64,000 nt of DNA from assembly GCA_946617435.1 (NCBI GenBank), contig CAMOKD010000003.1, positions 5,779 to 69,778 of the forward strand. The letters are read 5' to 3'. Positions 8,877-17,061 of this stretch are shown here, one piece after another. This stretch comes from an uncultured Clostridia bacterium. Lineage in GTDB: Bacteria > Bacillota > Clostridia > Oscillospirales > Oscillospiraceae. The translations under genes and the position numbers were made by a program. Numbering within the stretch: position 1 is the first letter of the stretch; each line of letters begins with the position of its first letter. The notes under the pieces were generated by a model, which was given only the letters and a program-made list of their open reading frames with translations, made no database searches and was not told the DNA's origin.

Positions 8877-9835
8877 ACCGAAAGACACAAATACTGACCC
8901 TTGGGGTGGGCCTGGGCGCCGGCCTGAGCGCCGCGGCCTGGGCGGGGATCCACCAGACCTTTCTGACGGAATGCTTCCGCCGCCGCGAACCGCTGCTGTT
9001 TGAAAAGTACGGCCAGGGCCGCCCTCAGACCGCGCTGGACCGCCGCTGCGCCACCATGGGCCTTGCCCTGGAGCAGGCCTGCACCCGCACCGTAACCACC
9101 CGCAGCTTTGACGGGACCCGTCTGGTGGGCCACTGGCTGCCCAGCCCCAACCCAAAGCGGATTCTCATTGCCGCCCACGGCTGGCGCGCATCCTGGACCA
9201 GGGACTTCTCTTTGAGCTGGCCCTTCTGGCGGGAGCAGGGCTGCAGCGTGCTCTATCTGGAGCAGCGGGCCCACGGCCAAAGCGAGGGCGACTGGATCGG
9301 CATGGGCGCACTGGAGCGCTATGATATACTCGCCTGGGTCCACGGGGTGCAAAAGCTCTGCCCCGGGGAGCTGCCCATCTATCTGTGCGGCATCTCCATG
9401 GGCGCGTCCTCGGTGATGCTGGCGGCCGGGCTGAATCTGCCCGCCAGGGTCAAGGGCATCCTGGCGGACTGCGGCTTTACCGGCCCGGGGCAGATTCTGC
9501 CCCATGTGTTCACCCGGGCCACGGGCCTGCCCTACGGCACCGGGGCGGCGGAGCGCAAGGCCTTCCGCCGCATCACCGGCATGGAGCCGGAGGAGGTCTC
9601 CACCACGGCGGTGCTGGCCAAGTCCAAGCTGCCCCTGCTGCTGATCCACGGGGAGAAGGACGGCTTTGTGCCCACCTATATGTCCTGGGAGAACTTCCGG
9701 GCTGCGGCGGGCCCCAAGGAGATCTTCCTGGTGCCCGGGGCGGGCCATGGCATGAGCTATGTGGTGGACCCCGAGGGCTACCAGCGCCGGGCAGCAGATT
9801 TCTTTGCCCGCTGGGACGGGGAGAGGCGGCCATGA
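8873..9835 (+). CDS. membrane-anchored alpha/beta-fold hydrolase
   Basis: 320-aa ORF. ATGA overlap with the upstream stop. N-terminal TM segment, nucleophile elbow GISMGAS, HG oxyanion motif (IAAHGW). Confidence 0.75.
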   Translation: MNRKTQILTLGVGLGAGLSAAAWAGIHQTFLTECFRRREPLLFEKYGQGRPQTALDRRCATMGLALEQACTRTVTTRSFDGTRLVGHWLPSPNPKRILIAAHGWRASWTRDFSLSWPFWREQGCSVLYLEQRAHGQSEGDWIGMGALERYDILAWVHGVQKLCPGELPIYLCGISMGASSVMLAAGLNLPARVKGILADCGFTGPGQILPHVFTRATGLPYGTGAAERKAFRRITGMEPEEVSTTAVLAKSKLPLLLIHGEKDGFVPTYMSWENFRAAAGPKEIFLVPGAGHGMSYVVDPEGYQRRAADFFARWDGERRP

Positions 9836-10911
9836 AGGCTCTGATTGCCATGAGCGGCGGTGTGGATTCTGCCGTGGCGGCCTGGCTGATGCAGCAGCAG
9901 GGCTGGGACTGCACCGGCTGCACCATGAAGCTGTACCAAAACGAGGACGCCGGCCTGAGCCGGGAGCACACCTGCTGCTCTTTAGACGATGTGGAGGACG
10001 CTCGGGCGGTGGCATACCGGCTGGGGATGCGCCACTATGTGTTCAATTTTTCCGACCGGTTCCGGGAGCGGGTCATTGACAAGTTTGTGGACAGCTATCT
10101 CCACGGCCTGACCCCCAACCCCTGCATTGACTGCAACCGCTATCTCAAGTTTGAGACTCTGTATCACCGGGCCCGGGAGCTGGGCTGTGACTGCGTGGTC
10201 ACCGGCCACTATGCCCGCATCACCTGTGAGGACGGGCAGTACCATCTGCGCAAGGGGTTGGATGCTTCCAAGGATCAGAGCTATGTGCTTTACACCCTCA
10301 CCCAGGACCAGCTGGCCCACACCCGCTTCCCCCTGGGGGAGCTGACCAAGGACCGGGCCAGGGCCATTGCGGAGGCCCAGGGCTTTGTCAACGCCCACAA
10401 GCCCGACAGCCAGGATATTTGCTTTGTCCCCGACGGGGACTATGCCCGGGTGATTGAGCGCTTCACCGGCGCCCCCGCCCCGGCAGGAGATTTTGTGGAT
10501 CTTCAGGGCCGGGTGCTGGGCCGTCACCGGGGTATCATTCATTACACTGTGGGCCAGCGCCGGGGCCTGGGCCTGTCCTTTTCCGAGCCCTGGTATGTGG
10601 TTGCCATTGACCCCAAGGCAAACACCGTCACCCTGGGGCCCAAGCAGGCGCTGTTCTCCCCAGTGGCCCGGGCGGGGGACTTCCATTGGATTTCCGGCTG
10701 CTGCCCGCAGACGCCTATCCGCTGCGCCGTCAAGATCCGCTACCGCCACCCGGAGCAGCCTGCCACCCTGATCCCCCTGGGACAGGATCTGGTGCGTCTG
10801 GAGTTTGACCAGCCCCAGCGGGCCATCACTCCCGGCCAGGCGGCGGTGGTCTATCAGGGCGACGAGGTGCTGGGCGGCGGCGTGCTGTGCAGAGAGGAGG
10901 ATGCGCTGTGA
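9832..10911 (+). CDS. mnmA: tRNA 2-thiouridine(34) synthase
   Basis: Start at ATG 9832 (MKALIAMSGGVDSAVAAWL, PP-loop SGGxDS), ATGA overlap with the hydrolase stop. Internal NPCIDCN and DQSY motifs are typical of MnmA. Confidence 0.92.
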   Translation: MKALIAMSGGVDSAVAAWLMQQQGWDCTGCTMKLYQNEDAGLSREHTCCSLDDVEDARAVAYRLGMRHYVFNFSDRFRERVIDKFVDSYLHGLTPNPCIDCNRYLKFETLYHRARELGCDCVVTGHYARITCEDGQYHLRKGLDASKDQSYVLYTLTQDQLAHTRFPLGELTKDRARAIAEAQGFVNAHKPDSQDICFVPDGDYARVIERFTGAPAPAGDFVDLQGRVLGRHRGIIHYTVGQRRGLGLSFSEPWYVVAIDPKANTVTLGPKQALFSPVARAGDFHWISGCCPQTPIRCAVKIRYRHPEQPATLIPLGQDLVRLEFDQPQRAITPGQAAVVYQGDEVLGGGVLCREEDAL

Positions 10912-11333
10912 CCATTTCAACCAGGGGCCGGTATGCCCTGCGTGTCATGGTGGACCTGGCAGAGCATCCCGGCGGCTACGTGCCCATGAAGGACGTGGCG
11001 GCCCGGCAGGAGCTGTCATTGAAGTATCTGGAAAAAATACTCCCCCTGCTCACCAGGGCGGGGCTGATTGTGGGGGTCCACGGCAAGGGGGGCGGCTACC
11101 GCCTGGCCCGCGCCCCGGAGGACTACCGGGTGGGAGAGGTGCTGCGCCTGACAGAGGGGGATCTTGCCCCGGTGAGCTGCCTGGCCCCCAACGCGCCGCC
11201 CTGTTCAAGGGCGGCGGAGTGCCGGACCCTGCCCATGTGGCAGGCCTTCAACCGGACAGTCAACGAGTTTTTTGACGGCATTACCCTGGCGGATCTGATG
11301 CGAACCGAGCAGGGAAACGATTATGTGATCTGA
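10908..11333 (+). CDS. Rrf2-family (IscR/CymR-like) transcriptional regulator with three-Cys cluster site
   Basis: GTG start overlapping the mnmA stop (GTGA), AGAGGAGGA RBS. N-terminal wHTH TISTRGRYALRVMVDLA. Cys triad C-x7-C-x5-C (VSCLAPNAPPCSRAAEC). Confidence 0.85.
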   Translation: MTISTRGRYALRVMVDLAEHPGGYVPMKDVAARQELSLKYLEKILPLLTRAGLIVGVHGKGGGYRLARAPEDYRVGEVLRLTEGDLAPVSCLAPNAPPCSRAAECRTLPMWQAFNRTVNEFFDGITLADLMRTEQGNDYVI

Positions 11334-11481
11334 CTACCGCCTTAACTGGGGCAAAAATGCAACAGTTCCAAAAAAATTTGTTGAAAAATACACAAATAGC
11401 TCTTTTCAATCCGGGAAAAGTGTGCTATAATAGTATGACGGAACAGGAAGTCTGTATATTTTGAGAGAAGGAGCAGACCAT

Positions 11482-11838
11482 ATGAAAATGACTGAAGCTG
11501 AACGTCAAGTGATGGAGGTCTTTTGGGACAACGGCCCTCTGACCGCTAAGCAGGCGGCTGTCCATCTGCTTGAGCGCAAGCAGTGGAGCAAGACCACATC
11601 CTACACCATGTTCTCCAAGTGCATCCAGAAGGGATACCTCCAGCGGGAGGAGCCGGCCTATCTTTGCACCCCTCTGATTTCCAGAGAGCAGATGGCTGAG
11701 CTCAACACCGAGCAGCTGGTCCGTCGGGATTACAAGGGTGATGCTGAGCTTCTGGTGACCAATCTGGTCAAGCAGAAGCTGCTGACGCTGGAGCAGCTGG
11801 ACGCTGTGCGTGAAACGCTGCACAAAGCGGAGGCTTAA
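11482..11838 (+). CDS. BlaI/MecI/CopY-family transcriptional repressor
   Basis: MKMTEAERQVMEVFWDNGPLTAKQ is the typical BlaI winged-helix N-terminus. GAGAAGGAG RBS 9 nt upstream. No C-terminal CxC copper motif. Confidence 0.8.
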   Translation: MKMTEAERQVMEVFWDNGPLTAKQAAVHLLERKQWSKTTSYTMFSKCIQKGYLQREEPAYLCTPLISREQMAELNTEQLVRRDYKGDAELLVTNLVKQKLLTLEQLDAVRETLHKAEA

Positions 11839-11840
11839 GC

Positions 11841-12245
11841 GTGAACGTTCTGATTCTTGACGCCCAGGGGGGCGGTGTAGGGAAGCTGCTGGTGGCCGCG
11901 GTCAAAAAGGCCATGCCCGAGCTTACCGTCACCGCCGTGGGGACCAACACCGCCGCCACCGCCGCCATGCTCAAGGCGGGGGCGGACCGGGGTGCCACCG
12001 GAGAAAACGCCGTTCTGGTGGCTTGCCGCCGGGCGGATGTGATTCTGGGCCCCATCGGCATTGTGATTGCCGATGCCTTGTGCGGCGAGATCAGTCCGGC
12101 CATGGCCTGTGCCGTGGGCCAAAGCAGCGCCAAGCGGATTCTCATTCCCTTTGACCAGTGCGACAACCAGGTTGCGGGCTACCCGGAGATTCCCCTCTCC
12201 GCCCGGATCCAGGCGGCAGTTTCCGCCCTGCGGGAGCTGGTGTGA
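11841..12245 (+). CDS. DUF3842 family protein
   Basis: GTG start 2 nt after the BlaI-like stop. The pattern LDAQGGGVGK..GTN..AT.AMLKAGA..GATGENAV..GPIGIVIA..GEISP.MA matches my memory of DUF3842 (about 130 aa). Confidence 0.7.
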   Translation: MNVLILDAQGGGVGKLLVAAVKKAMPELTVTAVGTNTAATAAMLKAGADRGATGENAVLVACRRADVILGPIGIVIADALCGEISPAMACAVGQSSAKRILIPFDQCDNQVAGYPEIPLSARIQAAVSALRELV

Positions 12246-12251
12246 GAAAAG

Positions 12252-12290
12252 CGAAGTGTGCGGAACGGAATTCCGCACACTTCGTTTTTT
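12252..12290 (+). terminator. rho-independent terminator
   Basis: 14-bp stem cgaagtgtgcggaa / ttccgcacacttcg, 5-nt loop, then TTTTTT. Confidence 0.85.
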
Positions 12291-12416
12291 GCAATCGGGG
12301 CTCGCCGGTTGTGCCGGCTGGCGCGAAGAGACCTGCCGGTGTGGAGAAACAGCCTTCTGTGACAGCGGCGGTACTGCGCCGGGCGGCGCCCGGATGGAAC
12401 AGATCCCCGCTTCTCC

Positions 12417-12659
12417 GTGTATCGCAGCGCCGCCAGGCGCCAGGTTTTGCTGCAGACGCAAAAGGACGCGGCCTTCCGCCCGCGCTATTTGCAGCTTCGG
12501 CAGGCCGGGATACCCGCCCTGGTGGTGAAGGGCAGTCTCTGTCGCTCCGTTTACCCCAATGGGGCGCTGCGGATCAGCCAACCCCCTCAGAAGCTCAGAT
12601 TGGGCAAGGAGAGACTTTCCCTCTTACAGAAATACGGAATCCTGGATCAGGAATCCTGA
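12417..12659 (+). pseudogene. possible decayed fragment of an uncharacterised-nucleotidyltransferase (NTP_transf_5-like) gene
   Basis: The 80-aa ORF contains GIPALVVKGSLCRSVYPNGALRIS. This resembles the GIP..LKG.AL...YP....R motif that precedes the catalytic DxD in that family, but the DxD and the rest of the protein are absent. It sits in a 500-bp stretch with no convincing gene. Confidence 0.25.
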
Positions 12660-12706
12660 CACAGGCGCCCCTCCGGAGGACATCCGGAGGGGCGCCTGTG
12701 TCTTTT
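12658..12706 (+). terminator. rho-independent terminator
   Basis: 19-bp stem gacacaggcgcccctccgg / ccggaggggcgcctgtgtc, 7-nt loop, then TTTT. Confidence 0.8.
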
Positions 12707-12743
12707 AGAAAAACAGGCTGTTCCGCCGGGGGGAGCAGCCTGT
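12703..12743 (-). terminator. rho-independent terminator downstream of sigG
   Basis: Minus-strand 12-bp stem (acaggctgctcc/ggaacagcctgt with one G-U pair) followed by TTTTCT. Confidence 0.65.
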
Positions 12744-12793
12744 AACATTCAACTGGATACACCTTAAGACGCCGCTGTTCTTTCTCCCCGGCT

Positions 12794-13570
12794 TCAGCTT
12801 ACAAAGGCCTTGCGCAGGGTGCGCAGGGCGCCCTTTTCCAGCCGGGAGACCTGGGCCTGGGAGATGCCGATCCGGCTGGCCACCTCCATCTGGGTTTTCC
12901 CGTCCTGGTAGCGCATGGACAGGATGTCCCGCTCTCGGGGGTTCAGGGCGGCCACAGCATCCCGCAGGGCGATGTGCTCCAGCCACTGTTCGTCGGTGTT
13001 GCGGGTGTCCTTCAGCTGGTCCATCACCGTCAGCGGGTCGCCTCCGTCACTGTGGATGGGGTCAAACAGGGATACAGGGCTTGCCACGGCGTCCATGGCC
13101 TCGGCAATCTGCTGCACCGGCAGCTCCATGGCGGCGGCCAGCTCTTCCAGGGTGGGCTCCCGGCCCTTCTGCCGGGCAAACAGCTCCTTCTGCTGCAGCA
13201 CCCGGTAGGCGGTGTCACGGATGGAGCGGCTTACCCGCAGGGGGGAGTTGTCCCGCAAATAGCGGCGGATCTCCCCCAGGATCATGGGCACCCCGTAGGT
13301 GGAGAACTTGACCTCCTTGGTGGGGTCAAAGTTGGCAATGGCCTTCATCAGACCGATGCAGCCCACCTGGAACAGGTCGTCCGGGCTCTCACCCCGGCCG
13401 GGGAAGCGTTGGATCACCGACAGCACCAGCCGCAAGTTGCCCTCGATCAGCCTGTCCCGGGCGGCCCGGTCGCCCCGGCGGCTGGCCAGCAGCAAGGCCT
13501 CCGCCTCCCCGGGGGCCAATGTTTTCAGCTTGGCGGTATTTACGCCGCAGATTTCAACCTTTCCTTGCAT
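12794..13570 (-). CDS. sigG: sporulation (forespore) RNA polymerase sigma factor SigG
   Basis: 258 aa. KVEICGVNTAKLKTL, GNLRLVLSVIQRF, DDLFQVGCIGLMKAIANFD, FSTYGVPMILGEIRRYLRDNSPLRVSRS align almost residue-for-residue with B. subtilis SigG as I recall it. Confidence 0.9.
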   Translation of the reverse strand: MQGKVEICGVNTAKLKTLAPGEAEALLLASRRGDRAARDRLIEGNLRLVLSVIQRFPGRGESPDDLFQVGCIGLMKAIANFDPTKEVKFSTYGVPMILGEIRRYLRDNSPLRVSRSIRDTAYRVLQQKELFARQKGREPTLEELAAAMELPVQQIAEAMDAVASPVSLFDPIHSDGGDPLTVMDQLKDTRNTDEQWLEHIALRDAVAALNPRERDILSMRYQDGKTQMEVASRIGISQAQVSRLEKGALRTLRKAFVS

Positions 13571-13599
13571 ACTGCCTCCGAAAATGAACGTTTCGATGG

Positions 13600-13628
13600 T
13601 AGTATTTCCCGGGGGACGAAAATCATAC
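13600..13628 (-). promoter_or_regulatory. forespore-type (sigma-F/sigma-G) promoter upstream of sigG
   Basis: Minus strand: GTATG (-35), 14-nt spacer, GGAAATACTA. The -10 fits the remembered sigma-F consensus GGnrAnAnTw at all fixed positions. It lies 30 nt upstream of the ATG. Confidence 0.5.
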
Positions 13629-13641
13629 GCCGCAAATAACG

Positions 13642-13670
13642 AAAAAACCCCTTCCGGCTGAGCCGGAAGG
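13642..13670 (-). terminator. rho-independent terminator after rpsT
   Basis: 9-bp stem ccttccggc/gccggaagg with a 3-nt loop, followed on the minus strand by GGTTTTTTC. Confidence 0.8.
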
Positions 13671-13686
13671 AGGTATTTTCGAACGC

Positions 13687-13950
13687 TTAGGCCAGCTTGT
13701 TCAGCTTCAGGGTCATGCTGCTCTTCTTCCGGGCAGCGGTGTTCTTGTGGAGAAGACCCTTCTTCACAGCCTGATCAACAGTCTTCACAGCAGCCTTGTA
13801 GGTGCTGTCAGCCAGCTCGCGGTTACCTTCATCGACAGCGGCGTCGAACTTCTTGATCTCAGTCTTCAGGGCGGACTTGGCAGCCTTGTTTCTGGCGTTG
13901 GCGATCTTGGTCAGCTCGACTCTCTTCTTTGCGGACTTAATGTTGGGCAC
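13687..13950 (-). CDS. rpsT: 30S ribosomal protein S20
   Basis: GTG start (V/M)PNIKSAKKRVELTKIANARNKAAKS. GGAGGAGGTG RBS. 87 aa, typical of S20. Confidence 0.92.
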   Translation of the reverse strand: MPNIKSAKKRVELTKIANARNKAAKSALKTEIKKFDAAVDEGNRELADSTYKAAVKTVDQAVKKGLLHKNTAARKKSSMTLKLNKLA

Positions 13951-14301
13951 GGATTTACACCTCCTCCATGGCAATTCTATGTCAACAAAAAAATTGTCTC
14001 ACGCAGAAATGTATTATACTCGCTCTTGCCGCTAAAATCAATAGTTTTTTTCGGAAAATCCGGAAAAATTCTGATTTCTTTCTCTTACAACCGGGAAAAC
14101 CGGCCCCGCGGCCCCACAAAAATTCTCCATGCCCACGTCTGCGCTGGCCGGAAAAGGGGAGCACGGGCCCGCCGCAGCGGGCCGGCACGGCAAAATCCGG
14201 GGCTGTACGGAACAAAATAAGAATTTTGTCAGATTTCGCCGGAAACCTGATTATGTAAACAATTGACAATGCGCCGCAATATTTATGCAACCCGGCCTGT
14301 A

Positions 14302-14402
14302 TGTGGAAAACCCTGTGGATAATGTGAAAAACTCGGGAAAATAGCAGGGGTTTTTCCAGTTTTGCCCCGGTTCCGACAGGGAGGTTGTCCACCTTTTCCA
14401 CA
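14302..14402. promoter_or_regulatory. cluster of DnaA-box-like 9-mers
   Basis: TGTGGAAAA (14302-14310, 1 mismatch), TGTGGATAA (14314-14322, perfect), TTGTCCACC (14385-14393, 2 mismatches), TTTTCCACA (14394-14402, 1 mismatch). They sit within a 586-bp gene-free gap and are followed by an AT-rich stretch (14400-14560). Confidence 0.45.
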
Positions 14403-14559
14403 AGCTTTTATACAACCGAGTGGCATAATCCGGCGAATTATGTCGGCTGAAATAATTGTTCTTATGTAAACTAAAAACCAAGTAAAATCTATCAAAAAGT
14501 TGGCAAAACGCCACCATGCACAAAAGCAAAAGGATTATATCAACCAAAATCCGGCAGAT

Positions 14560-15626
14560 TCACCACTTGACAACCCTGTTCCGCTCCAATTCGGTGAGCA
14601 TCCTGCCCAGGGCCGGGGGACGGAAGCAGGGCAGGGTCTCCATGGCGGTGTCCAGGGCGGCCAGATTCTCATCGTTGTGCTCCAGCTCCCGGCAGCAGTG
14701 CAGCAGCTGGGTCCGGGGCGGCAGGGCTCCGGGCAGGCCGGCCAGCAGCACCGGCAGCAGCACCGCGGTGAGACAGCGCTGCACCCGGCACAGCAGCCTG
14801 CCGTCGTCACAGGCATCCAGCCAGTACTTGTATAATGTATAATACAGAGCTCTGCCCAGGTCCAGGTCCAGCTCCGGGCCAGCCGGCGGGGCCGGCAGAC
14901 GCTCGGTCTCGGCCAGCTGCTGCAGCGCCCGGGTCCACGCCGGCTCCAGCTGTTCCAGATTCAAAAACACCCTGGCCCACTGCCGTGGCAGATCTCTGCC
15001 CACCCGCAGGGCAGGGGCGGGGGCATAGTGCCTGGGCCGAATCTTTCCCCCCGCCTGGGGTGGTCCAGGGCCAGCTGGACCTGCCCGGCCAGGGCCAGCA
15101 CGCTCCATGCCCGGCGGGAGAAGGGGAGGGCCTCCTTGGCCAGCAGGGCCAGGGCCTGCTCCCGGGCCTGCCGCAGCAGCATATAGCGTTCGGGGTCCAG
15201 GTCATTGGGCACCACGGGGTCCTGATTGGCTGCAGAAATCCGTCCGGGGGCCCGGCCCAGGGCCAGCTCCAGGGCCTCGGGGCAGGACATGGACAGTCCG
15301 TGCTCAGTGATCAGCCCGTAGTGGCGGACAAACCTGGGGTAATCCCGGCAGACGGTGCACATGGCCTCCAATCCCAGCCGGGCCTGGATGGGACACAGGC
15401 CGTTGGGCTGCAAAAGGACACACCTGCCCTCCCTCTGCCGGAAGACGGGCTCCTCTCCGGGCTCCACCGCCGCCCGGATCTGCTCGCCCAGGGGGCCCTC
15501 CAGGGCCCGGTAGCGGGCCAGGGTATCCGGGTCAATCACAATCTGCCACCCGCCGCAGCAGGTGGCCTGGCATTCACCGGCCAGACAGACGAAATCCGGC
15601 CAAAAGCTGGGGTATATATGCTCCAT
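14560..15626 (-). pseudogene. FliB-like (flagellin lysine-N-methylase family, CxxxCxxxCC YkgJ-type) gene interrupted by a frameshift
   Basis: The N-terminal ORF (15626 down to 14961) starts MEHIYPSFWPDFVCLAGECQATCCGGWQIVID, the FliB signature. The C-terminal continuation is in another frame (ORF 14560..15108). The frames switch at a C6 run (15047-15052). The total of 1067 nt needs +1 or -2 nt to be in frame. Confidence 0.6.
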
Positions 15627-15670
15627 AGTCACTCCCCGCCTCCCGGGACGGGGAATTCGCGTTTTTCCCC

Positions 15671-15699
15671 TTGACAACCGGGAGGCTGTCTGCTAAAAT
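15671..15699 (+). promoter_or_regulatory. sigma-A promoter for tRNA-Thr
   Basis: TTGACA, 17 nt, TAAAAT, 14 nt upstream of the tRNA 5' end. Confidence 0.7.
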
Positions 15700-15713
15700 A
15701 ATGTGGCAATCCC

Positions 15714-15788
15714 GCCGATATGGCTCAAAGGTAGAGCACTTCACTCGTAATGAAGGGGTTGTGAGTTCGATTCTCACTATCGGCTCCA
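15714..15788 (+). tRNA. tRNA-Thr (anticodon CGT), CCA encoded
   Basis: Hand-folded cloverleaf: acceptor GCCGATA/TATCGGC, D stem GCTC/GAGC, anticodon stem CTTCA/TGAAG with loop CTCGTAA, T arm GTGAG-TTCGATT-CTCAC. Confidence 0.9.
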
Positions 15789-15793
15789 TTTGC

Positions 15794-15827
15794 AAACGGC
15801 AATCGCCCAGGCGGTTGCCGTTTTTTT
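15794..15827 (+). terminator. rho-independent terminator after tRNA-Thr
   Basis: Stem acggcaa/ttgccgt followed by TTTTTTT. Confidence 0.75.
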
Positions 15828-15834
15828 GCGGCGC

Positions 15835-15861
15835 AAAAGGGGCCGGGCACGGCCCGGCCCC
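15835..15861 (-). terminator. rho-independent terminator after the flavoenzyme operon
   Basis: 9-bp GC stem ggggccggg/cccggcccc, followed on the minus strand by TTTT. Confidence 0.6.
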
Positions 15862-15870
15862 TGCGCTGGG

Positions 15871-17061
15871 TTAAAGAATGGGGATTTTAATGGTCAGGTC
15901 GCTGACAGGGTAGGCCGAGCAGGCGTGGAACCAGCCCAGCTCCTTGTCCATCATCCGGCGGCCGTCGCCGTTGGGGGAGACAAAGATCTCACCGGCCAGC
16001 AGCTGGGTCCGGCAATAGCCGCACTCGCCGCAGCGGCAGTGGGTGTCCACAGGGATCGCAGCCCGCTCCAGGGCCACGGCCACAGGCTCGTCGCCCCGGG
16101 CGTCGATGACGTCCTCGTGGATGCCCCGGCGAACGGTGAGCTTCCAAACCTTGTCCTTGTTCCCGGCGGGGTAGCCCTGGATCCGGGTGGGATCGGCGGG
16201 CTGGTTCATCACGTCGTGGCGGAACCGGCGGCAGGTGAGCCCCAGCTCGGTCACGGCCTGCTCCACCAGCTGGTACATGGCAATGGGACCGCAGAACATC
16301 ACCGTGGGGTCCTCGCCCATGTATTTGGCAATCAGCTCCTTGGTGATAAAGCCCTTCTCGCCCTGCCACTCCTCGTCGCCGGAGAGCACGTGGACCACCT
16401 TCACATTGGGGCAGTCGGCTTCCACCTTGGCCAGCTCCTCGCCCAGCACAATGTCGCTGTGGTGGACAGAGCCGTACAGGATGGTCAGCTTGACGTCCTT
16501 CATCTGGCCGTAGGCAATCTCCTTGGCCATGGAGAAGAAGGGGGTGATGCCGGAGCCGCCTGCCAGGGCCACCAGGTTTTTGCTGTCCCGCAGGGGCTCG
16601 TAGTAGAAGGTGCCAAAGGGCATGTTGCCCTGCAGCAGGTCACCCACGCGCACATGGTCAAAGAAGTAGTCCGGCACCAGATAGGGACGGTTGCGGCGGA
16701 TGGTGATTTCGATAAAGGGGTTCTTCCCCCGGGCCTCAAAGGGGGCAGAGGAGATGGTGTAGGGCCGGGTGAGCTCACTCTGGCCGATGTGCAGGCGGAA
16801 GTTCACGTACTGCCCGCTCTGGAACACGGGGATGTGCCCGTCGGTGCTGGCCAGCCGATAGACCCTGGAGGTGGGGGAGGCCTCCCGGATGGAGACTACC
16901 CTGAATTCCATCTTGTCCGGGTGGAGCTGATCTGCCACCGTGCGGATGTTGTCCTTGGGATCGGGGGTGGAGGAGGCGTCTGCAAAGCTCTTGCGGCGGG
17001 CCTCGGTGACCCGGCTGGCGCCGCCCACATCCTTCAAAAAGCCCTTGACCTTAATGCTCAT
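15871..17061 (-). CDS. FNR-like FAD/NAD(P)H oxidoreductase fused to a C-terminal plant-type [2Fe-2S] ferredoxin domain
   Basis: 396 aa. FAD motif RPYTISS, NAD(P) motif LAGGSGITPF, C-terminal Cys pattern C-x4-C-x2-C-x30-C (HCRCGECGYC...HAC). ATGA overlap with the upstream gene. Confidence 0.85.
   Translation of the reverse strand: MSIKVKGFLKDVGGASRVTEARRKSFADASSTPDPKDNIRTVADQLHPDKMEFRVVSIREASPTSRVYRLASTDGHIPVFQSGQYVNFRLHIGQSELTRPYTISSAPFEARGKNPFIEITIRRNRPYLVPDYFFDHVRVGDLLQGNMPFGTFYYEPLRDSKNLVALAGGSGITPFFSMAKEIAYGQMKDVKLTILYGSVHHSDIVLGEELAKVEADCPNVKVVHVLSGDEEWQGEKGFITKELIAKYMGEDPTVMFCGPIAMYQLVEQAVTELGLTCRRFRHDVMNQPADPTRIQGYPAGNKDKVWKLTVRRGIHEDVIDARGDEPVAVALERAAIPVDTHCRCGECGYCRTQLLAGEIFVSPNGDGRRMMDKELGWFHACSAYPVSDLTIKIPIL

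Noticed and set aside
13975-14560. tmRNA, RNase P RNA or SRP RNA hidden in the large gene-free gap
   Set aside because: I could not find the tmRNA termini (GGGG...ACCA with a T-arm), the RNase P GGAAAGTCCGGGC core, or the SRP domain IV motif on either strand.
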